Assembly (NCBI GenBank): GCA_022824205.1 | Contig: JAJEAI010000171.1 | Coordinates: 1,193 to 65,192, forward strand | Reading direction: 5' to 3' | Source: Candidatus Binatia bacterium | Lineage (GTDB): Bacteria > Desulfobacterota > Binatia > UBA9968 > JAJDTQ01 | Length of the DNA: 64,000 bases | Part shown: one piece after another, positions 9,805 through 19,987 of the stretch | Layout of the letters: every line of letters starts with the position of its first letter | Position numbering within the stretch: position 1 is the first letter of the stretch | Made by a program: the position numbers and the translations under genes | The notes under the pieces: generated by a model | Seen by the model: the letters and a program-made list of their open reading frames with translations, nothing else | What the model was told of the DNA's origin: nothing | The model's database searches: none

Positions 9805-9946
9805 CCGCCCGGTCGATTCGAAGAAGAACGCCAAGGGCTTTGTCGAGACCTGGAGGGGCTACGCCGCACGGCGGAGAGCGGTGGAGTGGACGACGCCGGG
9901 CGTCGGGGGCGAGCCTGGCGCCCCGGGGCCGGGAGGCGGGCGCCCG

Positions 9947-10441
9947 CTACGCCCGCCGCTCGGCGAGCTTTTGGCGCACCTCCTCGATCAGGCTGAGGAT
10001 GTTGGCGCGCGCCTTCTGCACTTCGTCCCGCTGGGCGAGTTCCTCTAGGGCCTCGACGACGCGTTCGTCGCCGAAGTCCACCATCTGCTGGATCGCTTTC
10101 TTGTGCGGCGGCTCCGCGTAGAAGGGGTAGGCGTCCGAGTGCTCCTTCGGCTCCCTTACGATGTGCAGCAGGTGTTGGCGTATCTCCTCGGTGTCTGGGG
10201 AGGGCTGCCACACCTCTCGCGGGCCCATTCCGCCGACGACGTACACCGGGCCGATGGGGATGGGGTCACGGTTGGGCCGGTGGTGGGGGTGGTTGGCGCA
10301 GTAGGTGTAGTAGGGGTTGGAGATTTCGAGCTGGCGAATCTCGCAGTGGCTGGGAATCTTGAAGTCGGCGTGGCCCCTCTCCCCGCCGTTGGCGCGGTTG
10401 AACCAGCAGGTCCCGCAGCAATCCGACCCTCCGTTCGGCAT
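9947..10441 (-). CDS. Hypothetical Cys/His-rich protein (164 aa)
   Basis: Good SD (aaggag, 8 nt upstream). N-terminus MPNGGSDCCGTCWFN...HCEIRQ...YCANHPHH has a possible metal-binding motif. No family recognised. Flanked by the 126-bp direct repeats. Confidence 0.5.
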   Translation of the reverse strand: MPNGGSDCCGTCWFNRANGGERGHADFKIPSHCEIRQLEISNPYYTYCANHPHHRPNRDPIPIGPVYVVGGMGPREVWQPSPDTEEIRQHLLHIVREPKEHSDAYPFYAEPPHKKAIQQMVDFGDERVVEALEELAQRDEVQKARANILSLIEEVRQKLAERRA

Positions 10442-10803
10442 CGTTCCGTTCTCCTTTCTGCTTGGCGAGGGCTACTTGGCGTCGCCGCCCAAAAAAGCTC
10501 GACCGTCAGAACTCCTAGCGCAAGCGCTTCCCTGTTCGTCCAGATTGTTGATCTCGGCACGGACTTCAACGAAAACCGCACATGGGGTTGAAATACCAGT
10601 TCGATGCCAGCGAGACGTTGTTGCTGACGCCGCCGCGAAGTCGTCAACCCCCCTTCCAACTCACCTCGCAACCCCCCTCCTACGCTCAACTCCCCCGGTC
10701 TCACACATCTCGAAACCTCTCAACGCCCGCCTATGAATCCCGTTGGCCCTCGCTCCAGGTATGCCATCCCGCGCCAATTCTCAGAACGAATTTGTCGTGC
10801 TTT

Positions 10804-10932
10804 TCCAGCAAAGACGGGGATTGTGAGCGACGCCGTGACGGCCAATCCGGTCCAAGTGGAGACCGATAGCGGATGAGGCACGCTATGGTCTCACGCCATC
10901 AACCGGTCGGCCCATACCTCCATCGCCACCCG
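10804..10932. repeat. Direct repeat B (~129 bp), overlaps the genuine 3' end of the ADP-ribosylglycohydrolase pseudogene
   Basis: See repeat A. Confidence 0.7.
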
Positions 10933-11936
10933 GTCTACACGCAATGACGCTACCTGCTCGCGCCAACGCCTCGGAATCGCCTCGATGCCGAATCGCGCGC
11001 CAAGCACCGCGCCCGCCACGGCGCCGTTGGTGTCGGTGTCCCCGCCGGCGTTGACGACGGCGATCAGCGCCTCCTCGAAGTCCGTGGCCCGACGCGCGCA
11101 CCACAGGGCCACCCGCATGGTCTTGAGGGTGTAGCCCATGTCCTGCCCATCCAGGCCAATCTCCTCCGGCATGGTGATATCCGAAACGTCCAAGGCTTGC
11201 GTCATCTTAGTCCGCGCGGGTGCGTCGATGCCGAACGGCGCCAAGGCATCGCCAAGCGTTTCCCGCGCCCGTTCGGCGCGCTCAACGAGCGGCAACGCGC
11301 TGTCCGGCGATTCCTGCAGGAGCGAAGCAATGGCGAGATTCACGAACACCGAGGACCAAGTGCAGCGGGGATCCCAGTGGGTGACCACGGCGCTGACGAT
11401 GGTGTTGCGAACCAGCGCCACGTCGTCATGTCGCCAGCGAATGGCAAGGGGCGCGCAGCGCATGACCGCGCCATTGCCGGCCGCGTTGCCGCCGGTCTCC
11501 TCCCAAGCCACGAAAGGAGCCTCCGAGCAGGCAAGCCCACCGGCTCACGCGCCGGCTGGAAGTCCGGCGGCGCCGAGCTGCGTCGGCGCACAGAGAGAGA
11601 CCGGTAACGTCTGGGCGGGCTGCCGCCGTATAGGGTCAATACCCGAGACGTCAAGTTGCCCATGCCAAGGCCGTTTTCCTCACCCCAGACCCAGAAACGC
11701 CGGGCGAGGTCGTCGGCATCCAGGGCCGCCGCGCCGTCACACGCCTCGGCTAGAATGACGGCCTGCGCCACGTCGTCATCGTCGGGGTAGCCCGGTTTCG
11801 CTTCGATGTCGCGCACGCCGTTGGGCCTGCGGAGGCGGATTTCCTCCCGCGGCCAACCCTCCCACGGAATGCCGAGCAGGTTACCGACCGCGAGCCCGAC
11901 CATGAGGCCACGACAACGATCCTGAAGTTCCATTGG
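10891..11936 (-). pseudogene. ADP-ribosylglycohydrolase (DraG/ARH family), frameshifted into two ORFs
   Basis: N-terminal part (ORF 11340-12002): MELQDRCRGLMVGLAVGNLLGIPWEG...DDDVAQA. C-terminal part (ORF 10891-11511): ...GNGAVMRCAPLAI...NAGGDTDTNGAVAGAVLGA.... The frame break is near 11.5-11.7 kb. Confidence 0.65.
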
Positions 11937-12235
11937 CGTATCCTTTCCTGTTGTTTTGAATGGCGGGCCGGTGGGGGCCGGTGGTTTGACCCCTTGATCC
12001 AAGCGGCGCGCAGCTTACGATGTCAAAGCCTTGACACTATCTGCTTGTGCATAACGACAAAAATCGATTTTTTGAAACGATCTGACGGTATTCATAAATC
12101 GTCTTGCGCCTGATAAAATCCGTGCCTTAGATCCGATTCCTCAAGACCTCTGTGGGACTTCCACCAACTTCCACCACTTGCATAGGTCCAAACGAACCAA
12201 GATAATAGCAGGGAGGCGACAAAGGGGAGGCCGGT

Positions 12236-12661
12236 ATGAAAGTCTTCATCAGCCACGCGCAGACGGATGACACATTTGTCAGGAAGGTCGAAGCCGGTCT
12301 GGAAAAGGTTGGTTTGGAGGTGTGGGACGCCAGCCGCGAAATCCTGCCCGGAGACAACTGGGCCGACAAAGTCGCGCAGGCGTTGAAGGAGTCCGAGGCC
12401 ATGGTCGTCTTCCTCACCCCGGACGCGCTACGGTCGCCTTGGGTCCGTTGGGAGATTGAGTATGCCTTGGGCGAACGGCGTTATCGCAAGCGTCTTGTCC
12501 CGGTCCTTGCAGGGAAACCGGACGGAGACGTCCCCTGGATCCTTCGGCACCTTCGCATGATCGACATGGAAGAATTGACCGAGGACGAAGGGGTCAACCA
12601 GATCTCACAGGCACTTCTGAAGACCGCCCAATCCCCGGCTTCGGCGGCGGAGACCCCTTGA
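12236..12661 (+). CDS. Stand-alone TIR-domain protein 1 (141 aa)
   Basis: KVFISHAQTDDTFVRKV...VWDASREILPGDNWADKV...AMVVFLTPDALRSPWVRWEIEYAL is a TIR fold signature with the conserved Glu in the W.E motif. AT-rich upstream region with SD ggggagg. Confidence 0.75.
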   Translation: MKVFISHAQTDDTFVRKVEAGLEKVGLEVWDASREILPGDNWADKVAQALKESEAMVVFLTPDALRSPWVRWEIEYALGERRYRKRLVPVLAGKPDGDVPWILRHLRMIDMEELTEDEGVNQISQALLKTAQSPASAAETP

Positions 12662-12665
12662 TGTC

Positions 12666-13076
12666 ATGCTGCCGAGGGAAGTATTCATATCTCATTCTGA
12701 CCAGGATCGACCGTTCGTTGTAGAACTGGTCTCCATGATGCGGCGCCATGGGCTGCCGGTCTGGTTCAGCAACACCGATATCGTGGGGGCAAGGCAGTGG
12801 CATGATGAGATCGGGGCGGCGCTTCGCCGTTGCGATTGGTTTGTGCTTGTCTTGTCTCCACGTTCAGTGGAATCCATCTGGGTCAAGAGGGAACTCCTGT
12901 TTACCCTCCAGCAACAGCGCTTCGACAACAGGATTGTCCCATTGCTCTACCAATCCTGCCAGTACGAGGAACTTTCCTGGACGCTGTCTGCCTTCCAGAT
13001 GATTGATTTCACAGATACCTTTGAGGCGGGTTGTCAGGCTCTGCTGCGTCTGTGGGGTTTGGGATTTCAGCGGTGA
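12666..13076 (+). CDS. Stand-alone TIR-domain protein 2 (136 aa)
   Basis: EVFISHSDQDRPFVVEL...LPVWFSNTDIVGARQWHDEI...WFVLVLSPRSVESIWVKRELLF is a second TIR domain. It starts 4 nt after the TIR1 stop. Confidence 0.75.
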   Translation: MLPREVFISHSDQDRPFVVELVSMMRRHGLPVWFSNTDIVGARQWHDEIGAALRRCDWFVLVLSPRSVESIWVKRELLFTLQQQRFDNRIVPLLYQSCQYEELSWTLSAFQMIDFTDTFEAGCQALLRLWGLGFQR

Positions 13077-13220
13077 CGAGACACGGTGCAAATGCCGTAA
13101 ATCGATAAACCGACGTAGTCCCGCGGACAAGCGAAGCCCCTGCCTTGTCCTTCAGGCGGTCGGTCTCTCACTCTTTGACTCCCCCCCGCAAATGCCTTAG
13201 CCTACCCTCTGGGAGTCGAA

Positions 13221-13493
13221 ATGTTTGGTATCGGAATGCCCGAGCTGCTCTTGATCCTGGCCGTGGCCTTGATCGTCCTGGGGCCCAAGAAGTTGCCCGA
13301 GATGGCGCGCGCCCTGGGCCGTGGGCTGGCCGAGTTTCGCCGCACCACGGATGACATGAAACGCGAATTGCAGACCGCGGCCGACGAGATCGAGACGCCT
13401 CCGCCCGCCGAGAACACGCATTCCGAACCGTCCGGAGAAGGCGCCCCCGCCAATACCATGTCTCCAGCGGGCGATCCCCCCACGAAAGAGTGA
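13221..13493 (+). CDS. tatA: Twin-arginine translocase subunit TatA/E
   Basis: [41 protein letters not shown]. Confidence 0.85.
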   Translation: MFGIGMPELLLILAVALIVLGPKKLPEMARALGRGLAEFRRTTDDMKRELQTAADEIETPPPAENTHSEPSGEGAPANTMSPAGDPPTKE

Positions 13494-13567
13494 ACGCGGA
13501 CGAAGGAGCGGGCGCGGAAGAGAGCGCCGGCGCGGACGAGGAGGAGCGCCTGTCGGACGACGCCAGC

Positions 13568-14311
13568 ATGTCGCTCACCGCGCATCTGGAGGAGCTGCGT
13601 TCCCGCCTCATCAAGTCCGCCGTGGCCGTGCTCCTGGCTTTCCTGGCCTGCTACACGGTGGCGGGCTGGCTCATCGCCTTCATGACCGCGCCCCTCCTGC
13701 GCCTGGAGGCCGCGGGTCTCACCGTCATCGGCACGGGCGTCGCCGAGGCCTTCTTCGCCAAGCTCAAGGTCGCCTTCGTGGCCGCGGTCTTCGTGGCGTT
13801 GCCGGTGCTCCTGTGGCACGCTTGGCAGTTCGTGGCGCCGGGCCTCTACAGCACCGAGAAGCGCTACGCCAGGGCCTTCGTGGTCTACGGCACGCTGTTT
13901 TTCCTGCTGGGGGCGGGGTTCTGCTACGTCGTGATCTTCGACGTGGGCTATCGCTTCTTCCTGGAACAATACGCGCAACTGGACGTCCGCCCGGCCATTC
14001 GCGTGAGCGAGTACCTGGGGTTTTCGGCCAAGCTCATGCTGGCCTTCGGCACCGTGTTCGAGTTGCCGGTGGTGGGGGTGTTCCTGGCGCGGGTGGGGCT
14101 CATCGACCACCGCATGATGATGCGGCACTTCCCCTACGCCCTGCTCGGCATCGTGGTGCTGGGCGCCGTGCTCACGCCGCCCGACGTGGTCTCGCAGATC
14201 CTGCTGGCGCTGCCGCTGACCGCGCTCTACGGACTGACCATCGTGCTGGTCTATTTCATGAGGCGGAAGGACGCGGGGACGGATGAAGGGGACGAGGGGG
14301 ACGAAGAATAG
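13568..14311 (+). CDS. tatC: Twin-arginine translocase subunit TatC
   Basis: MSLTAHLEELRSRLIK... with 6 TM helices. An alternative GTG start at 13490 overlapping the tatA stop is also possible. Confidence 0.85.
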   Translation: MSLTAHLEELRSRLIKSAVAVLLAFLACYTVAGWLIAFMTAPLLRLEAAGLTVIGTGVAEAFFAKLKVAFVAAVFVALPVLLWHAWQFVAPGLYSTEKRYARAFVVYGTLFFLLGAGFCYVVIFDVGYRFFLEQYAQLDVRPAIRVSEYLGFSAKLMLAFGTVFELPVVGVFLARVGLIDHRMMMRHFPYALLGIVVLGAVLTPPDVVSQILLALPLTALYGLTIVLVYFMRRKDAGTDEGDEGDEE

Positions 14312-14317
14312 GCGCCA

Positions 14318-14827
14318 TCACTCCACGATCACCAGCACCTGCCCCGCTTCCACCGCTTCGCCGGTCTTGACGCGGACCTCCTTGACCTCGCCGGGGCCGG
14401 GGGCGCGCACCTCGTTCTCCATCTTCATGGCTTCGACGATGACCAGACCTTGTCCCTTGGCCACGGTGTCGCCCTCGTTCACGAGCACGGTGACGACCTT
14501 GCCGGGCATGGGAATCCTGACCTCCTGGCGGCCCGACACCTCGATGCCGGACTGGTTGCCGCCGACCCGCACCTGGCGCTCGTCGGACATGCTGATGTGG
14601 TAGGTGCGGCCGTCGAGGAGCACGCGGTACTCGTCTTCGGTGGCGTCCACGTCGACGTCCACCTCGAAGGAGCGGTTGTCGATCAGGAGCGAGTAGTTGT
14701 TGCGTCCGGTGCGCCGGCCGTCCACCGTGAACTCGTGCCCGTCCACCACCACCTTGTAGATGGATTTCTCCGTTTCCGTGATGCGCACCACCGAGGTCTG
14801 GCCGCCGAGCTTTGCGATGAACGCCAT
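14318..14827 (-). CDS. Biotin carboxyl carrier protein (biotinyl domain, AMKM motif)
   Basis: C-terminus ...GQGLVIVEAMKMENEVRAPGPGEV.... Start taken at MAFIAKL. Confidence 0.8.
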   Translation of the reverse strand: MAFIAKLGGQTSVVRITETEKSIYKVVVDGHEFTVDGRRTGRNNYSLLIDNRSFEVDVDVDATEDEYRVLLDGRTYHISMSDERQVRVGGNQSGIEVSGRQEVRIPMPGKVVTVLVNEGDTVAKGQGLVIVEAMKMENEVRAPGPGEVKEVRVKTGEAVEAGQVLVIVE

Positions 14828-14831
14828 GGCC

Positions 14832-16370
14832 TCACCACCCGCGTCCCGGGGCGGACGCATCGGGCCGGAGCCGGAGCGCCTCCCGGCGCCCGACGTCACG
14901 CCATCCCGATTCTTCCACCGCGCCCTTCTCCACCATCTGCAGCGCTCGTTCCTGCTCCCGGTGCAGCGCCACGATGGCCGCGGAGGCCAGCGCGACGTGG
15001 CGGTTCGGGTATATTTCCTCCCGCGTCATGAACCCGCGCTGCTCGTCCACGAACCCGGTATGGAAGTCGCCCTCGATGAACTGGGGGTGGCGCAGCATCC
15101 ACTGGTGGAACGGGATGTTGGTCTTGACGCCCCGGACCTGGTACTCGCGCAAGGCGCGCTTGAGGCGCCGGATGGCCTCGGCGCGGTCCTCGCCCCAGAC
15201 GATGAGCTTGGCGATCATGGGGTCGTAGTAGATGGGGATCTCGGCGCCCTCGTACACGCCGCAGTCGTTGCGGATGCCGAAGCCCTCGGGCAGGCGCAGC
15301 CCCTCGATCTTGCCCGGACAGGGCATGAAGTCGGTCTCGGGGTCCTCGGCGTAGATGCGGCACTCGATGGCGTGGCCCGCGCCCTGGATCTGGCGCTGGG
15401 ACCAGGGCAGCGGCACGCCCGCGGCCACGTTGATCTGTGCCTTTACCAGGTCGATGCCCATGACCCGCTCGGTGATGGCGTGTTCCACCTGCAGGCGGGT
15501 GTTCATCTCCAGGAAGTAGTAGTTCTTCTGGCGGTCCACCAGGAACTCCATGGTGCCGACGCCGGTGTACTTGAGCGCCTTGGCACCCTGGGCCGCGGTC
15601 TTGCCCATGGCCTTCTGCATGCGCAGGTCGATGGTCGGCGCGGGACACTCCTCGATGATCTTCTGGTGGCGCCGCTGGATGGAGCATTCGCGGGTGAACA
15701 GGTGCAGCACCTTGCCGTAGATGTCCGCCAGGAGCTGGACCTCGATGTGGCGGCAGCGCTCCAGGTACTTCTCGACGTAGAGCCGGGAGTCGCCGAAGGA
15801 CGAGGCGGCTTCGGAGCGCACCGCGCGGAAGGCCGAGCGCACCTCGTCGCTCGATTCCACGAGCCGCAGCCCCTTGCCACCGCCCCCGGCCACGGCCTTG
15901 AGCACGCACGGGTAGCCGATGGCCTCGGCGGTTTCCAGCACTTCTTCCTCGGAGCTGAGAATGTCGTCCGAACCCGGGATCACCGGCAGGCCGGCCTTCT
16001 TCATCAGGGCGCGGGCGTGGACCTTGTCGCCCATCTGCTTGATGACGTCCGGGGCCGGCCCCAGGAAGACGAGGCCGGCCTCGCCGCAGGCGCGGGCGAA
16101 CGCGGGGTTCTCCGCGAGAAAGCCGTAGCCCGGATGGATTGCCTCGGCGCGGCTCTTCCTGGCCGCGTCGATGATGCGGTCGATGCGCAGGTAGCTCTCG
16201 GCCGAAGGCGCCGGCCCCACCGGATAGGAGTAGTCGGCGTACTTCACGTGGAGCGCGTCGCGGTCCGCCTCGGAGTAGACCGCTACGCTCTCGATATCCA
16301 GCTCGCGGCATGCTCGGATGACGCGGACGGCGATCTCGCCGCGGTTGGCTACCAGGATTCGTTTGAACAT
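14832..16370 (-). CDS. Acyl-CoA carboxylase biotin carboxylase subunit
   Basis: MFKRILVANRGEIAVRVIRA... ATP-grasp, 512 aa, AccC-like. Confidence 0.9.
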   Translation of the reverse strand: MFKRILVANRGEIAVRVIRACRELDIESVAVYSEADRDALHVKYADYSYPVGPAPSAESYLRIDRIIDAARKSRAEAIHPGYGFLAENPAFARACGEAGLVFLGPAPDVIKQMGDKVHARALMKKAGLPVIPGSDDILSSEEEVLETAEAIGYPCVLKAVAGGGGKGLRLVESSDEVRSAFRAVRSEAASSFGDSRLYVEKYLERCRHIEVQLLADIYGKVLHLFTRECSIQRRHQKIIEECPAPTIDLRMQKAMGKTAAQGAKALKYTGVGTMEFLVDRQKNYYFLEMNTRLQVEHAITERVMGIDLVKAQINVAAGVPLPWSQRQIQGAGHAIECRIYAEDPETDFMPCPGKIEGLRLPEGFGIRNDCGVYEGAEIPIYYDPMIAKLIVWGEDRAEAIRRLKRALREYQVRGVKTNIPFHQWMLRHPQFIEGDFHTGFVDEQRGFMTREEIYPNRHVALASAAIVALHREQERALQMVEKGAVEESGWRDVGRREALRLRPDASAPGRGW

Positions 16371-16434
16371 CTCTTGGACGGTCCCGCTGCTCGGCCCGGT
16401 CTAAGCCCATTCGTGACGCAGATGACGCAGCACA

Positions 16435-17985
<1,551 letters not shown>

Positions 17986-18220
17986 CTATGTCCTTTACGC
18001 GGCAAACCCCGTGGCGTGGCCACGCTCCCTTGTCCGACGGCCCTCGCGTACTCCCGGCGAGGGCCGGGACGTCCTTCCGGTTGACCCGGGAGGGTCGCCG
18101 CGGTAGTCAATGTCGTTGGATCCTGGGGGCCCAATTGGATCTTGCAAAGCATAGGCTCCATGGAGTGAAAATTCAAGGAACGCCCCGGATTCCATCCCTG
18201 CCGCGACCGCCATCGGGACC

Positions 18221-19048
18221 ATGACGGATTTCCTTTCACCCGCATTCTTTTCGGGGCCGGTGCCGCGCATCGCCGGGCATCGGGGCGCCGCCGGCACCTT
18301 GCCGGAAAACACCCTGCCGTCGTTTCGACGCGGCCTGGAGGAAGGCGCGACCTTTCTCGAAATGGATGTCCATGGGACCGCCGACGGCGAGATCGTCATC
18401 ATCCATGACGGGACCCTCGAGCGCACCACCGACGGCGCCGGACGGGTGCGGGAAACCAGCCTGGAGGCGTTGATGCGCCTCGACGCGGGGTACCGTTTCA
18501 CGGCCGACGGCGGCGCCACGCATCCCTTTCGGGGGCAGGGGATACGCATACCGACGCTGCGGGAGTTTTTCCTGGAGTTCCCCGGGGCCAGGGCAACGGT
18601 GGAGATCAAGGAGTTGCCGGCGCCGGCCATGGAGACGTTGTTCGACGTGATCGAGGAGTTCGGCAAGGCGGGACAGGTCTTGGTGGCGGCCGAAGGCGAC
18701 GCCACGATGCGCTCCGCCCGCGCGGTCATCCGCGGGCGCGGCCTGCCCGTCGCCACGGGCTTCTCCACCGGCGAGATCCGCTCCCTCATGACCGCGCTGT
18801 GGTCGGGACAGGGAGGGCCGCCGGAGGTCCCCGGCCGGGCGCTCCAGATCCCGCGCCGCCACGAGGGCATCGATCTCGTCACGCCCGCGTCGGTGGCCGC
18901 CGCCCATGCCCTGGGCGTCGAAGTTCACGTCTGGACCGTCAACGATCCCGACGAGATGCGGGAACTGCTGGTGCTCGGCGTGGACGGCATCATCACGGAC
19001 TATCCCTCCCGCCTGCGCGACGTGATCGATCAATCCGAAGCGCGTTGA
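18221..19048 (+). CDS. Glycerophosphodiester phosphodiesterase family protein
   Basis: IAGHRGAAGTLPENTLPSFRRGLEEGATFLEMDVHGTADGEIVIIHD is the GDPD signature. Confidence 0.85.
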   Translation: MTDFLSPAFFSGPVPRIAGHRGAAGTLPENTLPSFRRGLEEGATFLEMDVHGTADGEIVIIHDGTLERTTDGAGRVRETSLEALMRLDAGYRFTADGGATHPFRGQGIRIPTLREFFLEFPGARATVEIKELPAPAMETLFDVIEEFGKAGQVLVAAEGDATMRSARAVIRGRGLPVATGFSTGEIRSLMTALWSGQGGPPEVPGRALQIPRRHEGIDLVTPASVAAAHALGVEVHVWTVNDPDEMRELLVLGVDGIITDYPSRLRDVIDQSEAR

Positions 19049-19073
19049 GGCCCCGCGTCCATCCTGGGCATTC

Positions 19074-19724
19074 TTGTACCGCGGTATGGGGGATACCACA
19101 CTGGACCAGCGCATGGGGCCGCTGCTCGAAGCGCTGGAGCAAACCGACAAGGCGGTGGTGCGCCGCGCGGTGGAGGAGCTGGTGGCCCTGGCGGTGGCGG
19201 AACCCAGGGTTGCCGACCTCCTCGACCGACGCTTGCACGCCGCGCCGCGTTGGACCGTTGCCTACGCCCTCGGACAAATGGCGCGCCCCTCCACGCTCTG
19301 TCTCGATGTGCTTGCCCACGGCCTCGGAAGCGGCGACCAGGACCTGCGCTGGGCCACGCAGCTCCTGCTTACCGACCTCGGGAAACGTTACCCGGAGGCG
19401 GAGGCGCGCCTTCAAGCGCTTCTGCGCGACGGCTCGGCCACCCAGCGGCGCATGGCCGTGTACTGCCTGCGTGACATCCATGAGGGGCAAGACGCCGGCG
19501 CCGCCGGCATCGGTCGCGCGCCCGCCTTCCTCGAAGCCATGCGCGACCCCGAGCCGCTGGTCCGTGTGGCGGTGGTGACGAGCCTCGCCAAGACGGCGGA
19601 GGTGAGCGCGGAAGCCCTGGACGCGCTCACCCGTGCAGCCACCGGCGATGCCGACGCACGGGTGCGCAACGCCGCCACCTTCGCCGTGAAGAAGCTCGCG
19701 GCCGCACGGACAAGGGCTCCATAA
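19074..19724 (+). CDS. HEAT-repeat (PBS-lyase-like) protein
   Basis: Repeated ...VRR.A...L..... / D.D..VR..A modules. Confidence 0.7.
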   Translation: MYRGMGDTTLDQRMGPLLEALEQTDKAVVRRAVEELVALAVAEPRVADLLDRRLHAAPRWTVAYALGQMARPSTLCLDVLAHGLGSGDQDLRWATQLLLTDLGKRYPEAEARLQALLRDGSATQRRMAVYCLRDIHEGQDAGAAGIGRAPAFLEAMRDPEPLVRVAVVTSLAKTAEVSAEALDALTRAATGDADARVRNAATFAVKKLAAARTRAP

Positions 19725-19767
19725 GGGTGGCTTGGGGTGGTTTCGCCCCCTGTGTTGCGGAAAATGT

Positions 19768-19796
19768 TTGACAAGCGCCGCCCCCTTCCCTAGGAT
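19768..19796 (+). promoter_or_regulatory. Sigma70-like promoter, TTGACA - 17 nt - TAGGAT
   Basis: Near-consensus -35 (19768-19773) and -10 (19791-19796) in a locally AT-rich patch of a 67% GC genome. Confidence 0.4.
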
Positions 19797-19828
19797 GGTG
19801 GTCAGCAGAGAAAGGAGGTGGTCAAAAT

Positions 19829-19867
19829 ATGAGTGACATATGTAACTGCGAGGTGACTGAGACCTAG
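19829..19867 (+). other. 13-codon mini-ORF (MSDICNCEVTET*) preceded by a strong SD (AAAGGAGGTG); candidate leader peptide or small-RNA-embedded ORF
   Basis: SD at 19811-19820, about 8-nt spacing to the ATG. Confidence 0.3.
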
Positions 19868-19922
19868 GCTCTCGAGCCTTTTCGGAATTGAGGGTCTTGG
19901 TCAATTCCGACAGTGCACCGAG

Positions 19923-19962
19923 CCCTGGCTGGCCATTGCGTCAGCCAGGGCTTTCTGTTTCC
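19923..19962 (+). terminator. Intrinsic terminator-like hairpin (ccctggctg-N10-cagccaggg) followed by a T-rich tract
   Basis: 9-bp perfect stem plus cTTTcTGTTTcc. A second 8-bp hairpin (ggaattga...tcaattcc) lies at 19883-19907. Confidence 0.45.
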
Positions 19963-19987
19963 GGCGCGTTATCCTCAACGCGCATCT

